This document shows, in pieces, positions 27,805-32,000 of a DNA stretch of 32,000 bases. The notes beneath the pieces were generated by a model, which was not told the origin of the DNA, searched no databases, and was given only the letters and a program-made list of their open reading frames with translations. The stretch is taken from the NCBI RefSeq assembly GCF_003010495.1, contig NZ_CP027570.1, positions 1,230,001 through 1,262,000 of the forward strand, in the 5' to 3' direction. Within the stretch, counting starts at the first letter, position 1, and each line of letters opens with the position of its first letter. The position numbers were made by a program, and so were the translations under genes. Source of the DNA: Megasphaera elsdenii DSM 20460 (GTDB lineage Bacteria > Bacillota > Negativicutes > Veillonellales > Megasphaeraceae).

Positions 27805-27816
27805 GCGGTGTAAGGC

Positions 27817-27846
27817 TTGACAATGAGCGCCTGACAAGTATATAAT
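27817..27846 (+). promoter_or_regulatory. Promoter of the T-box operon
   Basis: TTGACA at 27817-27822, an 18-nt spacer, TATAAT at 27841-27846. Confidence 0.6.
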
Positions 27847-27852
27847 AAAGCA

Positions 27853-28136
27853 AAATCTAAATGGATTTGTCGATGAACGAAACGAGTATATCTGATGTGG
27901 CAGTTCCAGCGAGCCGATGGCAGTGGGAGTTCGGCACGGACCGGCGGATAGAATGGATTCGGGAGATGCGGCCTGAACGGTGACCAGTAGGGTGCGACGG
28001 TGTATTTCCACCGCTATCAAAGAAACGTGTATCGCTATGGGCCGTACATGTAGAGCTGGACTCACTGAGTCAATCTGGGTGGCACCGCGGAAGAAATCGA
28101 ACCTTTCGTCCCTGTATAGGGACGGAAGGTTTTTTG
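27853..28136 (+). promoter_or_regulatory. T-box riboswitch, predicted Trp (UGG) specifier
   Basis: The Stem I base is CGATGAACGAAACGAGTA. TATCTG (27889-27894) pairs with CGGATA (27945-27950) and is followed by GAA-TGG-A (TGG at 27954-27956). The T-box sequence AATCTGGGTGGCACCGCG lies at 28072-28089. The terminator ACCTTTCGTCCCT/AGGGACGGAAGGT plus a T-run lies at 28099-28136. Confidence 0.85.
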
Positions 28137-28164
28137 TTGTCTTCAGACAGAAGGGGAGAGAAAG

Positions 28165-28980
28165 ATGCTGGAAATGAAAGATGTCAGTTTCAACTACGGC
28201 AACGGCGTACCCGTATTGGAACACATAAATGTAAAAATCGGTGAGGGCGAATTTATCGGCCTCGGCGGCCGCAACGGCTGCGGCAAGACGACGGTGACGC
28301 GCCTGCTCATGGGATTGGAAAAGCCCGTATCCGGGGAGATTCTCTATGACGGAAAGGTCATCAACAACGACGATGCGTCGGTACGCAGCCATTTCATAGG
28401 CTACGTCTTCCAGCGGCCAGAACGGCAGATGTTCCGGCCGACGGTCCGCGAAGAAGTGGCCTACGGGCCGCAGCAGCTGGGCATGAGCCGCGATGAAATC
28501 CGCCAGGCCGTCGACGAAGCCTTAGCTGCGACGGAACTGACGGAACTTTCGGAAGCTTATCCGCCTAACTTGAACCGCGGGGAAAAGCAGCGCGTCGCCA
28601 TCGCTTCGGCCATCGCCATGCATACGAAATACATCGTCCTCGACGAACCGACGAGCGGCCAGGATAGTGAAGACAAGGACCAGCTCATGGCCTTGCTGAC
28701 GGACCTCAATAAAAAGGGGATGACTATCCTCATCATCAGCCATGATATGGATATCTTCGCCGAATACTGCCAGCGCGTCCTGGTCATCGGCAATCATACG
28801 AAAGCCTTTGATGGGACGCCGCAGGAATTGTTCACGCAGCGCGACGATTTATATGACCTGGGATTGAGTCGGCCCGACGCCGTTACCTTGTCCCTGGCAA
28901 TCCCGGATTTTCCTTACTGTAAGTCGATGAAAGAATTCACAGCAGCCATGCTGGAACGGATGGGAGGTACCCGCAAATGA
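28165..28980 (+). CDS. ECF-transporter ATPase (EcfA-type) with a degenerate signature motif
   Basis: Walker A is GRNGCGKTT, Walker B is IVLDEPTSGQD, and the H-loop is ISHDM. The signature reads LNRGEKQR instead of LSGGQKQR. Confidence 0.85.
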   Translation: MLEMKDVSFNYGNGVPVLEHINVKIGEGEFIGLGGRNGCGKTTVTRLLMGLEKPVSGEILYDGKVINNDDASVRSHFIGYVFQRPERQMFRPTVREEVAYGPQQLGMSRDEIRQAVDEALAATELTELSEAYPPNLNRGEKQRVAIASAIAMHTKYIVLDEPTSGQDSEDKDQLMALLTDLNKKGMTILIISHDMDIFAEYCQRVLVIGNHTKAFDGTPQELFTQRDDLYDLGLSRPDAVTLSLAIPDFPYCKSMKEFTAAMLERMGGTRK

Positions 28981-29663
28981 TGAAGAACCTGGTTCCTGTT
29001 ACAAAATTGATTGGCACCTTTGCCTTTTCTTTCTGGGCCCTGGTCATGCATACGACCTTGCCCTTAGTGATTTTAGTCGTTATCGAACTCATTCTCTTAG
29101 GCTTATGCGGCAGCTTGGCGCGCAATATCAAGGCCGTCTTCAGCCTGGCCGTCTTTGCCGTTTTCCTGGCTGTCGTCCAGCTCCTGGGCGGCGGATCGTT
29201 AGAATCGGCTTATGTGACGGGCCTGCGCATGCTGGCCATGACGATTGTCTTCATCATCTTGTTGACGACGACGCGCCTGCAGGATTTGACGGCGGCCCTG
29301 GTAAAGCAGATCAAGATTCCTTATGAATATGCCTTCATGTTCACGGCGGCTTTGCGCTTCGTGCCGGATTTCATCGCTGAAAGCAAGGCCGTCCAGGAAG
29401 CTCAGGCCTGCCGGGGGTTGTCGACGAAGGGCAATGTCTTTAAGAAAGTCATCAATTATATGAGCGTCGTCCAGCCGCTGATGCTCAAATCGTTAGGCCG
29501 GTCGGAAACGATGGCCCTCAGCCTGGAACTGCGCGGCTTCGGCAGCAATGAACACAGCTTCATGAGCAATGTCCGTCCGAAAGGCCGGGATTATGTGGGC
29601 ATCGTCATCATGCTGGCTTTGAGCTGCTTTGTCGTCTACTTGCGCTTGCAAGGTTTGGTTTAG
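28977..29663 (+). CDS. ECF-transporter transmembrane T component (EcfT/CbiQ family)
   Basis: It is polytopic, with the C-terminal coupling-helix-type motif ALSLELRGFG. There is an ATGA overlap with the preceding ATPase gene. Confidence 0.8.
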   Translation: MMKNLVPVTKLIGTFAFSFWALVMHTTLPLVILVVIELILLGLCGSLARNIKAVFSLAVFAVFLAVVQLLGGGSLESAYVTGLRMLAMTIVFIILLTTTRLQDLTAALVKQIKIPYEYAFMFTAALRFVPDFIAESKAVQEAQACRGLSTKGNVFKKVINYMSVVQPLMLKSLGRSETMALSLELRGFGSNEHSFMSNVRPKGRDYVGIVIMLALSCFVVYLRLQGLV

Positions 29664-29675
29664 GAGGGGAACACG

Positions 29676-31151
29676 ATGAAAACTGTGGCAGATATTTCCA
29701 AATTAGAATTCCATCATCGCCAAGGCGGCCAGTTCCGCTGGATTACCATTACGACGCTCATGTTGGCCATCGGTACGATTTTACACCTCGTCTCGCCGAG
29801 CGTCGGTGGCGTTACACCGAACTGGACCATCGCCACTTATTGCGTTGCCATTTGTCTGACCAAGCCGAGCTACAAGCAGGCGCTGGGCATCGGCTTAGTC
29901 GCCGCTTTAGTCAACGTCCTGACCTCGAAGTCGGGCTTCCCTTACGGCAACCTCATCAGTGAACCCCTCGGCGCCCTGACTTGTACGTTCATCGTCAAGA
30001 ACCTGGCCTTCATCAAGTTCAAAGGCCATTCGTGCCTGCCCGTCCTGACCGGTTTTGCAGCGACCTGCATGAGCGGCGGCGCTTTCGTCACGATACTGAA
30101 GTTCGTCATGAATTTGCCGACGGTCGTCTATGTTACGGCCATGCTGCCCCTGGTCGTCGTCATCGGTGCCTTGAATGCCGTTGTCACACCGCTCATGTAT
30201 TTCCCGGCCCTGCGCCTCTTCGTTTCCCGGGGCATCCTCGATTCCCTGGAAGAACAGGAAGTCACGTCGGACCACAGCATGTATGATTTGAAGCCGACCC
30301 AGGATGGCCTCATTTCCATGGAACATTTGTCGTACATCTATAATAAGCAGAAGACACCCGTCCTGGATGATGTCACCATGACCGTAAATAAAGGTGACTT
30401 CCTGGTCATTACCGGTGAAAGCGGCAGCGGCAAGAGCTCCCTGTGCATGGCCATGACCGGTGCCATCCCGCATTATTTCGGCGGCGTCATGAAAGGGATG
30501 GTCTATGTCGACGGCCAGGCGACGACACAGACGACCATTTCCCAGTTGGCGACCCGCGTCGGCGCCATGCTCGATGACTACGACAGCCAGCTTGTTGCCA
30601 TGACCGTCGAAGAAGAAATCGCCTTCAGCCTGGAAAACCAAGGCGTTGCACCGGATAAAATAGGCCAGGCCATTACGGAAGCCCTGGAAAAGGTCAACAT
30701 GACGCCGTACCGCCACCGCCAGGTCACCAAACTGTCCGGCGGTCAGCGCCAGCGTCTGGTCATCGCCGACGTCCTGGCGACTAATCCGGATATCCTCGTC
30801 TTCGACGAACCGACGTCGGCCCTGGACCCGGAAGGAACCCATGAATTCTATGAATTGATTCACGATTTGAACGTCAAATACGGCCATACCATCGTCGTCA
30901 TCGAACATACGCTGGAAGCGGCCCTGCCCTATGCCAACCGGCTGGTCCTCATCGACCACGGCCACATCCTCAGCGATGCCGATGTGGAAACGACGCTGCG
31001 CTATATGTATGACCATAATATTTGTACCAGTGCCATCCCGAAAATCTTCGCCTGCCAGATGGACCTGGAAAAAGCCGGCTGCCATTTCGATGCCCCGTGG
31101 CTGTCGACGGACGTTGCCGTAGCGGCTGTCCAGAAAGCCGTCCAGCCGTGA
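29676..31151 (+). CDS. Fusion protein: six-TM S-component-like domain (TrpP-like by inference) plus an EcfA-type ATPase
   Basis: Residues 1 to about 195 form six hydrophobic helices. Residues from about 210 to 491 form an ABC ATPase, with GESGSGKSS, LSGGQRQR, ILVFDEPTSALD and IEHTL. The RBS is GGAGGGGA. Confidence 0.8.
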   Translation: MKTVADISKLEFHHRQGGQFRWITITTLMLAIGTILHLVSPSVGGVTPNWTIATYCVAICLTKPSYKQALGIGLVAALVNVLTSKSGFPYGNLISEPLGALTCTFIVKNLAFIKFKGHSCLPVLTGFAATCMSGGAFVTILKFVMNLPTVVYVTAMLPLVVVIGALNAVVTPLMYFPALRLFVSRGILDSLEEQEVTSDHSMYDLKPTQDGLISMEHLSYIYNKQKTPVLDDVTMTVNKGDFLVITGESGSGKSSLCMAMTGAIPHYFGGVMKGMVYVDGQATTQTTISQLATRVGAMLDDYDSQLVAMTVEEEIAFSLENQGVAPDKIGQAITEALEKVNMTPYRHRQVTKLSGGQRQRLVIADVLATNPDILVFDEPTSALDPEGTHEFYELIHDLNVKYGHTIVVIEHTLEAALPYANRLVLIDHGHILSDADVETTLRYMYDHNICTSAIPKIFACQMDLEKAGCHFDAPWLSTDVAVAAVQKAVQP

Positions 31152-31717
31152 AACTCCTATGCTTGGGCGATAGTCTGACGTATGGTTTTGCCGTCCAGCC
31201 TGACCAAAGCTGGACGGCCCTGGTCTCGGCTAAAAGTCTGATTCATATCGACAACGAAGGTCAATGCGGCGATACGACGACGGGCATGGTCTATCGCCTC
31301 CATCAGTTCGACCTCAGCCGGTATGACGCCTTCTTCGTCATGGGCGGATCCAACGACATTCTCCTCGACGGGGACTTGGAGAATATCTGCCGGAATATAC
31401 GGAATATCGTCACGACGTTCAAGGCCCAGGGAAAACCAGTATATCTGGGCATCCCGCCGCTGACTACGATGGAGAGTGCCATGTACGGTTGGCAGAACGC
31501 CAGAGACGTAGAAAAACACAATGACCAACTGCGTCAGTATCGGCAATGGCTCCTTTCGTATGGCAAAGAAACGGGCTGTCATATCATCGACTTCTATGAA
31601 GCCCTGTTCAATGCCAAACGGCGGACTGGCCGTAACCTCTACGCCGACGGCGTCCATCCCAATGCCGAAGGCTACGCCGTCTTGGCCCGGGAAGTACTGA
31701 AAGTGATGGGGGGTTAG
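31148..31717 (+). CDS. SGNH/GDSL-family hydrolase
   Basis: The N-terminus is KLLCLGDSLTYG (block I Ser), followed by GGSND and DGVHPN (block V). The GTG start overlaps the upstream stop (GTGA). Confidence 0.8.
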   Translation: MKLLCLGDSLTYGFAVQPDQSWTALVSAKSLIHIDNEGQCGDTTTGMVYRLHQFDLSRYDAFFVMGGSNDILLDGDLENICRNIRNIVTTFKAQGKPVYLGIPPLTTMESAMYGWQNARDVEKHNDQLRQYRQWLLSYGKETGCHIIDFYEALFNAKRRTGRNLYADGVHPNAEGYAVLAREVLKVMGG

Positions 31718-31752
31718 TGGCTCGTGATTCGTGGTTCGTAGCTCGTAGGGGC
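31718..31752. repeat. Heptad array directly after the stop codon
   Basis: GTGGCTC GTGATTC GTGGTTC GTAGCTC GTAGGGG. Confidence 0.7.
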
Positions 31753-31781
31753 CGCCCAAAGGGCGGCCCGCCTGATTCACT

Positions 31782-31814
31782 AAAAAAGCACTGTCTTTAT
31801 GACAGTGCTTTTTA
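31782..31814 (+). terminator. Rho-independent terminator (same family as the carB and argD terminators)
   Basis: AAAAAAGCACTGTC-TTTAT-GACAGTGC followed by TTTTT. Confidence 0.88.
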
Positions 31815-31821
31815 TGAACTA

Positions 31822-31945
31822 TAGGGGCGCGCATGTGGCGCTCCTACAATGTGGGCTACGAACCACCAGCCACTAGCCACTAGCCACTAGCCACTGATTT
31901 ACGGGATTCCCACAACGGGCCGCCCTTTGGGACGGCCCCTACAGT
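31822..31945. repeat. REP hairpins and a perfect AGCCACT x4 microsatellite
   Basis: AGGGGCGCGCATGTGGCGCTCCT lies at 31822-31844. AGCCACT x4 lies at 31868-31895, in inverted orientation relative to the 31718-31752 array. GGGCCGCCCTTTGGGACGGCCCCTAC lies at 31917-31942. Confidence 0.75.
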
Positions 31946-32000
31946 GACATCACAGATGTCGTTAATGCCCGGCTGTAGGCTGGACAGTGGCCTTTGCATC

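Noticed and set aside
27298-28392. A 364-aa minus-strand ORF spanning the metQ 3' half, the T-box leader and the ecfA start
   Set aside because: It crosses a promoter, a structured riboswitch and two well-supported plus-strand genes, so coding on this strand is implausible.

Overview
This is a chromosomal window from a moderately GC-rich Firmicutes-type genome. That call rests on the regulation seen here: a T-box, a SAM-I riboswitch, a PyrR-type attenuator and a Bacillus-like ARG box. A Negativicutes/Veillonellaceae-like origin is only a guess. The housekeeping content, left to right, is as follows. An HD-domain hydrolase and an NAD-dependent epimerase come first. They are followed by pyrF-pyrE plus a membrane protein, then a secreted copper-amine-oxidase-N-domain protein. 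Next is a PyrR-attenuated pyrB-pyrC-carA-carB block, a small secreted protein, and an LD-carboxypeptidase. An ARG-box-controlled argC-(degenerate argJ)-argB-argD operon follows, then a large PLP Orn/Lys/Arg decarboxylase and metF. Two divergent MetQ-type lipoproteins come next. The window ends with a tryptophan T-box operon encoding an ECF transporter (EcfA, EcfT, an S-component fused to a second EcfA) plus an SGNH hydrolase. The accessory content is more unusual. There is an AT-rich left edge with a 21-bp tandem repeat and an orphan wHTH ORF. An AT-rich class II Fic (AMPylase-type) gene is bracketed by direct copies of a roughly 0.5-kb REP-plus-MITE module. A TnpB-only IS200/IS605 element is inserted exactly between a SAM-I riboswitch and the metQ-metF genes. 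Nearly every intergenic region carries layered repeats: GTAGGGG-type REP hairpins, a MITE family with TCAGATGCGGC termini, heptad-periodic microsatellites, a recurring terminator cassette, and a covarying double hairpin. No tRNA, rRNA or CRISPR array was seen. Many long antisense ORFs in the track are shadow ORFs of the GC3-rich genes.
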